Assembly (NCBI GenBank): GCA_951406725.2
Contig: OX597834.1
Coordinates: 16,926,001 to 16,990,000, forward strand
Direction: 5' to 3'
From: Octopus vulgaris
Taxonomy: Eukaryota
Length of the DNA stretch: 64,000 nt
Made by a program: the position numbers and the translations under genes
Part shown: positions 1 through 11,620 of the stretch, in pieces
Layout of the letters: the number at the start of each line of letters is the position of its first letter
How positions within the stretch are numbered: position 1 is the stretch's first letter
The notes under the pieces: generated by a model
Told to the model about the DNA's origin: nothing
The model's input: only the letters and a program-made list of their open reading frames with translations
The model's database searches: none

Positions 1-2154
1 CAAGTTGTGACAGTAATGTAGACGAAACGTTCGGCAAGAGCTTCGTTCGTCTTTCGGTAGCTTTACAGTGTCGGTTGACATGTTTTCCCTTGCGTCAAGT
101 CGGAGGGGGGTTTGAAAATTTTTCAGCCGTTTTTTCCTTTCCCGTGTGTGTGTGTGGCATGTTCTTTCCCCCGACACTCGCTTACTCGGTTCGCCACCAT
201 GTGCTTCGTTTGACATGTAAACCCTTTTCTCTCAGCCACTCGATGGACACTTTTTTTTCAAACATGCACATCTTTTGTTGGCTTTTTGGCGGGTGGAGGA
301 GAGGACACGCAGAGGGGGGGAGCCGAGTTTTTTTGGCGAGAAACAAAAGATGCATCGTTTTTTTATTATTTAGTATTTAATATTTATTTATTATTATTCC
401 ACACCATTAATCATGCCTACCTACATAAAATATATATATAATATATGAGACATAATACTTTCTAATTGCCTAGCTTTGTTATATTTCTTTCTTCTCTATT
501 CTTCCTCCTTAACAATAAATCATTCCTAATCTTCCAACTGTGAAAGAAAAGGATTTAAATACAAAAAAAGGGGGGTTTTTTCTCCCCTAATTCTTATTCT
601 TTTTATATATTTTACATAATTTTAAGCTTTGTTTCAATTCTTTTAATTTTATATATGTATATATATATATAATTTATTTTAATGGTTATAATGAAATGTT
701 CTATCATCATAGTTTAACAATCATTAAAATTAAATTAGATCGGATACAAAAAAAGAAAACTCTACCAAAATCTTCAGCATTTTTGAAAAAGAAACTTATT
801 ATTCTTGATGGCAGCAGGTTTCATCTTCCCTTGAAGAGAGAAAGGACAGAAACATTGAAAGAAAATCTCTAGAATTTAAATTTTGCTTGGCACAAAATGG
901 ATAAAAGACCAGTAACAGAATCGGGTATTCTTATGGATGAGGATCTTAGATTAATTAGTGTTAGATTAATTAGTCTTGTTCATCATCATCATCATCATTC
1001 CGTGCGAACATTTAAGTTAGGTCCCTCTTGAGGAGGGGTTTTATTAAGTTCAAATCTGGCCGGAGTCCACTTGGCTTTGCCATTTCTTGTGTCGATGACA
1101 GAAAATAGAAAAAAATGTGCCATAAAGTATACCGAGGTCAGTGATAAATAAATAAACCTGTGGTGGTGAAAATTATGGTTTTGGGGGGGCCAAATGTCGT
1201 ATAATTTTAATATTCTTTTTTTTTTTTTATTAAATATTTATTTTCCCATAATTTAGATTAAAACAAAGAAATGCCGTCGTCCCTCGATTCTTAATTTACC
1301 TGTCACGTGTGTGTAATGCAAATGTATATCTCTTTCTCTTACATACTTTCTCTTTGTGTAACTCACGTATTACATACACGCATATGTAAGGACACACATA
1401 TATATATGTGTATATATATATATATGTATATATATTTAGAGAGGCATACGTATTGTATAATATTATATTTTGGTGTCTCTCCCTTTGTCTTTTCTTCATT
1501 GTAGCCACCTTTTCTGTTTGATCCATTAACAAAGCATTTTGTCGGCGATCTGAATATGATATTTAATCTAGACAGATCCTCCAATATACATCCACGCACA
1601 TTTGCTCGTTATATATATATACGACATTGTGTAAAAATGCGTGCATTAAAATGTGGTTGTGTAATGCCTATATGTACCGTACGTATATAATATACATACA
1701 TACATCCACACGTCATTTTGTGTGTATAAATTCTCACATTTTAAAACGTTTTGCCAATTTCATTTTGTGAATTAAGTTTTTAAAATGTTACATTATGTCT
1801 GCTCTCTCCTTTATATATATGTATATACATATATGAGAAACTGATTCTATGTCCAATTTTTCGCTAATGGATTCCTCATCTAGTCGTTAAGCCAGCCAGA
1901 GAGAGAGAGACGAGAGCGGAGACGGCATTGAAAGGCGGATTCATGTTATATGCCGGCCGGTATCAACCAGTCAGAACAAAAAGTCGAAAATTCATGTCTT
2001 CTCTTATTTTCTCACTTGCTGCTTTTCTATTTATTTTCACTTGCAAGATGATTTTTTCTCTTAATTGCTTGTCATCCTTCTATATATCGGGCTATATTCT
2101 AATATATTAAATTAGTTTGTGTGTGAGTGTATATATATCAAGCTCCTGCCCCCT

Positions 2155-2155
2155 T

Positions 2156-2224
<69 letters not shown>
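2155..2224. repeat. (CT)n(AT)n microsatellite. Others: (AT)n 27765-27815, 41735-41768, 57901-57945; (GATA)n 51840-51873; (GA)n 52143-52196
   Basis: Direct reading. Confidence 0.95.
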
Positions 2225-2226
<2 letters not shown>

Positions 2227-2843
2227 GTTTGTGATAGAGCTGACTATATAATTATGTTAAATTAGAGATTGGGTGGTAGTAGAAGTGGATGATGATTAAT
2301 AATAATACCCTAAGGTCATTTTTATTTTATAATTATGAGTTAGTGCACGTGTTGATCGAAATAGCTTTATTTTATTTTATCATTTACTTAGTTGTATAAA
2401 ATCCTTTTGTGTTTATTTATCCTTGTTAAAATTTGATGCTAAGGATTTATAATTCACTTTTATAAGACAAATTATTCATACCTTAGTTCTATAAATATGT
2501 ATGTATACATATATAGGCGATCTTTCGTCTCTAGTAGACCTAGAGACGAAAGATTGCCTATATATATATATATATATATATATATCATCGATGTCACATA
2601 CTGAAGTTTGATCGATAGAGATATAGATCCCATTTTTTAAACAAATTATTTTGAATTTCAACTCTTCTCTCAGCGCAATGTGGCACCTTAAATGTACTTA
2701 ATACTGTGCTTACTCAGTGCGGCTTTATATAGTCTAACGTTTTTTTATTTTTTTTACCAAGTTTCCTGCGAGCAGTCAGTGTCCTTACCTTATTCTCAGG
2801 CCTCTTCTATCTAGACATCATGTACGCACGCGTGTGTATGTAC

Positions 2844-2883
<40 letters not shown>

Positions 2884-5800
2884 AATAAGGGTGACTGCAC
2901 GTTAGTACTTCGTACAAAAATAAGCTTTTTGGTGGGGGTATTATTTTAAAGCCGAAACTTTATAATCGCTTTTTTAGGGAGTAACGCTGTTAGATTAAAA
3001 AAGAAGATAGTTCTCTTTTTACATATTGATGCCTTTTGTCGAATGAATGAGCAATTACACAGATTTGTTGTAAAATGTGATGATAGGAAATGAATGTACG
3101 CACGATAGTGTATACAGGTATAAATCCTTAAAAATGTTTTAGCCCGAAGGCCGCGGCCATGCTGGGGCACCGGTATATATAACTAAACATGGGGGGGGGG
3201 TAATTATACTGTTTATTTAAAAGTGGAATTTGGCTTTTCAACAAAACTCTTCCCGGGTAGGGTTTTTGTCAGGCCGAAAAACGGGTGGTGTACGTATATT
3301 TTATCTCCGCCACTCTTTCTTGCTTTGGATATTATTGTGAGACTTGTTAGAGCCTTCGGTGGGAAAAAAATACTTAGCGGCATTCGTTCTGGGTTCAAAT
3401 ACTATGACCGAGATTGACTTGGTCTCTCTCTTTCGGTGTCGATGCAATCAACTATCCTATCCCCTCCGCATAAAAAAATTTCAGGCTTTGTGCCTATAAT
3501 GGATAGAATTATTGTCAGACTTAATGGAGCTTTGTGGTGGTGGGGTGCTTTGCGGCTTTGTTCCGGCTCTTGACGCTCTGTGTTCAAATCCTGCCGAAGT
3601 TGACTTGCCTTTACTTGCCTTTCATCCCTTCGGGAGTCGTTAAAATGTTACCATGGAGAAGCGGGGGGGGGGGTTAATGTCATCGACGAAACCCGCTTCC
3701 CCTCAAAATTTGCTGGCCCTGTGCCGTACCTCTATTAGAAATAGTTATTTTACAAAACCATTTCTGAAATATCAAACAAACAAACAAGCTATAGCAGACT
3801 CGAACACGTTTTCGCAAGTCCCTTTTCATATTTGCAACCAACCTCTCGTGTGTGCCTTGTATGCGCGTGCGCCAGTCTATCTCCTTCCCCTTTCGTCTTT
3901 CGATGCCTTCGAGATTTGTAAAAATTGAAAATCTTTAGGACTCTTTTCGTTAAATATTGTGATTTGTTAGTCACCCATCGTCACGTTTATGATGATGATG
4001 ACAGTCGGCGATCTTCACAGAGATCATCGAGATTGCTATACGCTTATGACTAAAGCACATATGTATATACATAGATGTATAATGTGTTCACATAGATGTG
4101 CGTGTGTGTGTGTATGTATATTCGACGATCTTGTAACTAACTGCTGGTTGTATAGATTCGTTCGCGCTTGCTTTTCTTTCATCCCGCTCCCTGTATTTTT
4201 TTTCCCTCCTAAAACGTGTAACATAATACAAGGCCCACAGGGGTTTAGCTAACAAACCGTTACCGAAATTTTTTTTTTTTTTACATTTTCCTATTATAAC
4301 ATATTTGCCCCCCTTCACCGACAACTTCCTAAGTTTTTTTTTTTCAAACATTAAATCTCGCAACATTTTAACTTAAAAGCAGTTCGGAATTTGTTATTGT
4401 TTTTGCAGTGCCATATGTCACACACATAATTTAATCAAAGGCCGTGTAGTGATTAATCTCTAATTAGAAAGTTGCAGCGAATCATTGTTTAATTCGAGAT
4501 AACTAGATTGAAAATAAATAAACAAAAATTCATTATTCTTAGTAGTCTTTTGTTGTTTTTTTTTTAACTGTGAATCTGAAGCAAATGAAGTCATGGATAA
4601 AAATATTGGGTTTAAAGAAAAACCGCTTCGGATAGAAATGGTCAATGGCTGCCGAGCATTTATGAATTTTTTTTTTTTTTCTAGTACATAAATGCTTTTA
4701 TAGTTTAAAATCCGGCAAGAAAAGTCGTGGTTGCATGGAACTGCTTGTAATGTCAATTGTGTAGTTTCAAGGATTTGCATGTGTGTAAAAAAATACTATT
4801 TCACTTAGCATTTGGCTTGGATTTTGGTGTATGTCCTGTAAGTGGTCAATTGTTATTAATAAATTGACCGTGAAATGATGATTACTTTATCGGATGTCAC
4901 TATCATGTAATGTCTTTTTTTTTTCTTTTTTTTCACGCCTGTAAGGGTCAGGCGGAATTTTTTGAGACAGACTATTCCATGGCCAGGTACCCTTTGTGTC
5001 GCCAACCCTCACCTGTTTCCAAGCAACGTAATATTTTTCAGTAACTGGGCATGAAGACTAAATTAATCTCGCTTGCCTCACGATGATGTTTATTTACAAG
5101 CATCACGTGATGTCTAGACCAAGGTGCACGCTCGGTCGGCACGTGTAATGTGTATCGTCGTTTCAGCTTCCACTTTACCACGCTTGTATGGGTCGAGCGG
5201 AATTTTTGTACAGTCTAGTGCCCTCCCTGTTGCCAACCCTTACTTGTGTCCAAGCAAGGTAATATTTCCTCATGCTCAGACAATATTGAAAGCGAAGGAC
5301 ACGTTTTTTGCATGTCGGTTACACTCGTAGTGTCATGGCAAGGAGACAGTAACTATACATATGGGCTTCTTTCAGTTTGTCTACTAAATCCACTCACAAA
5401 GCTACAGTAGAAGGCACCCACCTTATATTCCACAAAGACACACACACACGATGGGCTTCTTTCAGTTTCCGTTCACTAAGTCCACTCCTAAGGATTTCGT
5501 CAGGCTGAGACTATAGATGACACTTGCCCAAGGTTCCGTGCTGTAGGACTGACCCCAGGACCGCAAGGTTGGGTATCAAGATGTTTAACCACACAGCCAA
5601 GTCTGTAATTTTTCTGTTAGTATTGTTGATGTATTGCTTTCTATATGGCTTTTTCGTGAAGATATAATTTCTGCTGCTCACCACACAGTAATGTCGTTTC
5701 TCGTGCAAGGTTGTTTGGTTCACATTTTAATTGTTACTAAGATTGGGACCTCTTGTCATTCAGGCGCTAAGAGGAACAAGTAACATTAAGTGTCCTGCCT

Positions 5801-6298
5801 TCGGTTTTGGAGAAACTGAGTTGTGTAATTGATTTTTGGTTGAGTGATGTTAAGGTGAAGATCCTGCTGGTTTGTCGTGACAATTCTACCATAAAAGATC
5901 AAATAATTTCTGTTCTATGCTTTATGGTCAAAATATAATTGAATGATAGTCTGTGACAGTGACTTGTAACCTACAATAATTTTGGAGTATTTGTATTTTC
6001 AACTGCTAAAGTTGGAACGAATTCACTAGGACATGAAATGGTTACTTTCTTGAATAATAAAAATCCTGGTGTGTATGTTTTAATATATGGTAGACCTATG
6101 ATGCATGTTGGCAGTGACGTGCAATGGACTAGAAGCAACATTACCTTGCTTGGTGACAGAAAGGGCATCCAACCATAAAAAATCGCAACCGTTCGCTGCC
6201 GGTTGAACTCCTGTTGTGCAACAACCGACTGCACGTGGAGAGGAACCAGGAAGCAACACCATGTTAGAGTTTATCTTCAAACATTTATCCAAAATGAC

Positions 6299-6530
6299 TT
6301 AACCGTTTAGCATTTAAACCAACCATATCTGGCCCGAATATTCTACCTGTTTTAAGTTCAAACTGGCCAAGTCTGACCTCTCACACCTTCCCTACAATGT
6401 CAGTCAAAAATTTAACAATTACATCATTGAGATCTAGAAGCCACAACATACTGCATGATTAATTCAAAACAATGTGAATAAATAAATAAGTATTACATTT
6501 GACAGAGCAATCTGAATGCTGAAAGATTAA
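6299..6530. mobile_element. piggyBac-type MITE family B. Others: ~8760-8955, 10245-10375, 38703-39252, 55003-55176, 61935-62160
   Basis: ttaaccgtttagcatt...aatgctgaaagattaa termini; shared core aatattctacctgtttt. Confidence 0.7.
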
Positions 6531-6575
6531 ATCTACCATTTGTACTTACACCAAATCAACAGGTACTAAAAGATA

Positions 6576-6889
6576 CCGTATTCGATGGCCTACAAGACGC
6601 TACTTTTTTACCCATAAAATCTCCTTGCGTCCAATGCACTCGGTGCAGGCTCAAAACGGTGTGTTTACAAAACATATGCTACCGTCTATTGGTGAACAAT
6701 CGCCTACGGTGTGTTTATATCGAATGTGGATGCAATAAATTGCTTATAATTACTGGTAATAATATAAAGTTGTACAGGTAAGTGGAGGAATTAAAACATT
6801 ATTTTAGTGGTAATATATTTTACAAAAGTATAGCCTAGGCTAGGGTACACCCTATGCCTCTCGTGCATCTTATAGGCCATCAGATACAA
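6576..6889. mobile_element. Tc1/mariner (Tc2-like) MITE with TA TSD
   Basis: ta|ccgtattcgatggcctacaagacgc ... gcatcttataggccatcagatacaa|ta, imperfect 25-bp TIR. Confidence 0.7.
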
Positions 6890-7288
6890 TACCTATTTTA
6901 TAAAGATATTTTTTTATATCCTCGTAGACCTCCAATTCCTTGTTTGCATTTGATGATCCTCCTCTTGTTATTTGGGATGTGATTTTTTTTTTTTAAACAA
7001 TAGGTGAAGTCTTGCTGATTGTTAAAATTATCTTACTGAACTGGATTTTAGCCTTCTTATGCAGAGCCAATTGTTTGTTGGATTTATAAGTAATCATGAT
7101 AACCAACTTGAAAGATCTTGCGATTCACTTAGATATTGTTGGCTAGTGTTGATTTGTTACTACAGGCAACAGCAGTGTAATTTTTTCTTTCTTCCCTGGC
7201 ACCAGCTGTAAAGAACTGACGTCATAACTTATTTGGTGTTCTCTCCGTAAAACTATAGAGATAAACACTGATTCGTGATGTAGAGATG

Positions 7289-7645
7289 CTGGCATGGCTG
7301 TGTGGTAAGAAGCTTGCTTCCCAACCACATGGTTCTGGGTTCAGTCTCTCTCTGCATGGCACCTTCGGCAAGTGTCCTCTACTGTAGCCTTTGGCCGACC
7401 AATACCTCGTGTGTGGATTTGGTAGATGGAAACTGGAAGAAAACTTTTGTGTGTGTGCATGTGTATGCCTTTGTGTCTATGCCCCACCACGACCACCACA
7501 TTGGTAGTTTGCAAGAGTCCAATAGAATAGATAACAAGCTTGAAGAGGAAAAAAATGAAAATTAGTACTGGGGTCGATTCATTCAACTACAAATTCTTCA
7601 AGGCGGTGCCCCAGCATGACTGTAGTCTAATGACTGAAACAAAGC
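7289..7645 (+). mobile_element. SINE family 1, diverged. Others: 63305-63660 (+); 5445-5605, 40475-40650, 45760-46070, 47755-48115, 51160-51520, 54030-54365, 57545-57900 (-)
   Basis: catggctgtgtggtaagaagcttgcttcccaaccacatggttctgggttcagt head and cagcatg...aatgactgaaac tail. Confidence 0.85.
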
Positions 7646-10554
7646 ATCAAAAATGTAACACATGGAAAGATTTTGTTAGTATAGCAATGAGCAAAATTAA
7701 ATATCTTCCCAAGTTGGTGACCTTATATATAATCAGTTTGTGTACAAAGGGAGAGAACTCTAGTGGGTTGCAGCGTGAGAGAATATCGATTGTGAAACGT
7801 GTAAGAAGAGAGTAAGAAGAAAAAAAACAATATCAGTGTATTTTGTTGAGTTGAGGGAAGAGTTGATTATGTAGCTTTCTAGCTCAAAGTGATAGAAGTG
7901 ACAGTTTCTATTGTCAGGTCTTTTAAATATACTCATGGATATATTGTGCATGTAGCAGCAGTGCACCTTGTCTCTTATTACTATGATAATTCATTCCAAG
8001 TGATATGTTCTTATCAATCTCAAGATGGAATTTGCAAGATGTCTACAACTTTTATTTCATCACTTGTGTCCATTAGGTTATATTGTAAAGTGTACAGCTC
8101 CACTACCTGAAACCACAATCTTTCTATCAGTATTAGTTGACCGAATATTCCCTAAGTATAGCTTTATGAAAGACGAACTGTCAGGCTCGGCTAATTATTT
8201 CCTGAAGACATTCATAATGTTAAATGGAGTTTTTTTTTATTTAAGACACATGGAAAGATTTTGTTAATATAGCAAGCATGGCTGCATATTTAAGAAGTTG
8301 CTTTGGTACCGTGTGGTTAGGGGTTCAGTCCCTCAGCATAGCCAGTTTCTGACCAATATTTTGTGAGTAAAATTGATAGACAGAAACTGAAGTCCATCGG
8401 CATATTCTGTACATGCACTGACTGTAAATAAGAGAGCCTCAATCCATACTGTTTTGTTTCCATTCCTTTTCAAAAGCATGTCTGGACTGTTTATTGATCA
8501 GGGCATCTGACTGTTGGAAAGTAAATGTTCAATCAATGTTGAGAACAGTCTCATTTTGTTTGAGTATGTTCCTTTCTTTATAAGAGATGAATACACTTTC
8601 TTATAGTTATTGTGGCAATGAACCATTGAATGATTTTTTGTGTTGTATTATTCAAGTTGAGCAAACCAGAAATGTGGCTAGAAATAGTCAGATCAGCCCC
8701 TAAAACTTAGGAGAGAACAACAAAGATAGTTTGAATACAGTTATTCATAGGGCTTGATTTAACCCTTTGTACATGTTATACTTATATGTTCCTATTTTAT
8801 AAAATTGATCCTGTATTATCTCGTAGCTTTGAGGTTTTGAAGATGTGATTGTTTATTTTTAGAATGACATTACTGGATAGGGGTGAGAGACTGGATCTGG
8901 TTAGTTTGAACATAAAACAGGTAGAATATTAGGGTGGTTTAAATGCTAAAGCATTAAACATCATCACCTGTAATGTTTGACTTTTGACTAATATTTCATT
9001 GATAGTATTACTGAATATGTCTGGTAAAGACATTTTCTTTTGTTTCATTAGTTCTTGTATTGTCATTGGTATTTGATTCTGTTTCAGAGTTTCTGAAATA
9101 ACTTTTATATGATTTGATTGTTGAAAATTTAGTGGAAACCAAATATCAAGAGTTGCTGTTAACTGCCCGTTCTGAGTTTCTTCGTCCAAGAAATTTCAAT
9201 TAAGTAACAGCATTTTAACACTCTTTAACTTAATTATGCAAATTCAAAAGGCAGTGAGCATGTCAGGTGCTTAGCAGTATTTCGTATGTACCAGTTGCAT
9301 ACTGGGGTCGATTTGACTGTCTCCCCTCCCCAATTTCGGGCCTTGTGCCTAGAGTAGAAAAGAATTATGCAAATTCAAGCCATTGACTGGCTTTCTGTGT
9401 GAAAATCTACTTTGATTTTATCATCAGGTTCAACTAGAAGAGAGTAAATTACATTGATGTAGTCAAGATGACGAAAACCTGCCAAATTCTCCTCTTCCTC
9501 CAGAGAGAGACCACATGCAAATTAATTACCTGAAATTATCTCCCCTGTTCTTTGATAGTTGCTAATAATAGCCAGGCAATTCTTTCTTGCTCCAAGTAAA
9601 ATTTCTAAGAATTATGAAAGTTTTGCATTGTTTGTTGTTTGTAAAATCTGACAAAAATCTCGTTTTACAAAATTGTTGATTTAAGGAAGAAGCGTCCAGT
9701 TGTAAAATATCAAAATACAGGGAAAATTCATATGTTAAAAATCATCTAGTGTTTTGTCAGTAGAGATTAACAGTCCACCATCTCATGTTTTTGCTATATG
9801 AAATCCGAGCATTTTTGTTTCAAGCAAAAAGAAAAAATCCATTTTGAAATATCTGAACTATATGTGGATCAACAAGTACTAATCGGCACCATTGATAATT
9901 ATAGGGCCAGAAGGCAGTTATTTCATTCCATGGTGAATGACCAAGAAATTAAGTTGGTCAGTAGCACAAAAAACACTATCAAAGCTATTTTATTTATTTA
10001 CATCTTTATAATCATTCTGTTTTACTCTCAACAATGATAATTTTCTTTATCCTCTTTCAGAAATAAGTTATTGCTGCTGTTTTCTTATTAACCTGACGTA
10101 AATTTGCTGTTAATTCATTAAAATTATTAAGCTGCTGCTAAGTATGTGGTTGCTATTTCTATTTTTGTCATCACTTGTATATAGTTATCTAGCTCTTGCT
10201 AGTAGATAAATTTCATACTTGTTGGTTTGAATTACGTATAGCTTCACTATTTCAATGATGTGATCATTTTTATAATGACATTGTAGGGTAGGTTTGAGAG
10301 GCCAAATCCAGTTGGTTTGTACAAGTAGAATATTTTGGCTGGATATGGTCAGTTTAAATGCTAATGGATTAAGCATGAATTACTAAAAATGAACACTTGA
10401 TATCTGTAAATATTTAAAAAACCAGCTTTAGAATGTCCTGCCTTGAACTATTTTCTCTCATCTTATCCAGAGTACAGCAATCTGTTTTGTAGTCTAGGTC
10501 TTTGACATGTCTCATTTATAGCAGAAATATGTCCATATGCTCATTTTCTGGTCT

Positions 10555-10790
10555 GTATGATTTGGTAAGTGGCCCACATAAACATTGGCCCTCTTCACTG
10601 GGCCTAGCAAGATTCTTTTTCTCTCAGTATGAAGTTGCATCTTCTGGGTGTTTGTAATCAACAAATCCAAATCTATACCTGTAGCCTGGTGAATTCTGGG
10701 CTTGTGAGTGAATAGTTCACCAGGATTCCCTTGCATCTCAAAATGTGGCTGATATTGCTCATCAGTACCTTATGAAAATAGTTACTCCAA
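10555..10790 (-). pseudogene. Inverted, internally deleted copy of the ELAV-A leader plus RRM1 and start of RRM2
   Basis: Reverse complement contains gatttggatttgttgattacaaacacccagaagatgc, acttcatactgagagaaaaagaatc, tgctaggcccagtg and gaagagggccaatgtttatgtgggccacttaccaaatcat, colinear with 11780-11953. Weaker colinear patches match 11587-11713. ORF 10512..10736 reads RANVYVGHLPNH versus GANVYVSHLPNH. Confidence 0.88.
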
Positions 10791-11520
10791 TCCTCATCTT
10801 AGGCTTCTGTAGACTTCATGACAATAGATGTGGATGGCTTCGACTGTATCTTTATCTTGGATTCAGTTGCTTTTATAATCAAGTTTTGTATATTAACCTC
10901 ACTTTTGTTACAAGCTTGTTTTGAACTGTTCTAGATTAAAAACTTTCATTAATGTTTTGTGTCAATTTACATTCCAAATACTTACTAATGATAAAGTTAT
11001 TTTACTAAATTCTACCGAAGTTTCAGAATGGCCTAGAACAAAAGCAGTTGTGTATTTCCACATAAGTGATAATTAAAGGATCCAATAAATCTTTTTATTA
11101 GAATTGAACTTGAAACCCAAGCAACAATGAAAAGAATCCCTAATATTCACTATCTTGACCATATATTATTAGCTTGTCTGATTTAGAACTCCTTTATACA
11201 TACATACAATTAGAACCTGATTTGAAATTAAACACCCATCCTCTCCTAATGAGTTTTCTGATAGGATTTACTTGATGTCTATTTTCACAAATTCTTACAT
11301 AGTTTGTAAATGTATTTAAAAAAGAAATCAGTATTAATGTCTTAACATTGCTTCTGGAGTTTATGCAGTTACATCAGTAGTGAGTATTGAACTACACAGA
11401 CGAATACACACGGTTTTTATTGCAAATGTGAAAAATAATTACCTACATCAATGAAGTGTATATGTTTGTTTTGTTTTGTTTGTTTTTTTAATCTGTGATT
11501 GGATATATTCCAGTTTCCAA

Positions 11521-11549
11521 TTAACCTTTTTCTTTTTTTACTTTTCTAG
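11521..11549 (+). promoter_or_regulatory. Splice acceptor of the ELAV-A coding exon (exon starts 11550)
   Basis: ttaacctttttcttttttta cttttctAG|G: branch-like ttaac, long pyrimidine tract and TAG, 71 nt before the ATG. Confidence 0.8.
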
Positions 11550-11620
11550 GGAGAAAAGCCCTGTGCAACTGTTAGCAATCACTGTGTTGGAGCTGTTATG
11601 ACAGACAAGGGACTGTTGCC

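Noticed and set aside
6771-6783. Perfect donor CAG|GTAAGT as an ELAV-A 5' exon end
   Set aside because: Lies inside a Tc2-like MITE with no clear acceptor or promoter; exonisation cannot be supported without reads.
10455-10554. Short patches resembling the 3' half of ELAV-A in the reverse complement (gaccagaaaatg, catatgga, cagattgctgt)
   Set aside because: Too short and not fully colinear to extend the inverted copy without a computed alignment.
10512-10736. 74-aa ORF as a functional mini-protein
   Set aside because: Only the RANVYVGHLPNH segment is in the ELAV frame; the rest is frameshifted by deletions and the start is not ATG-supported.
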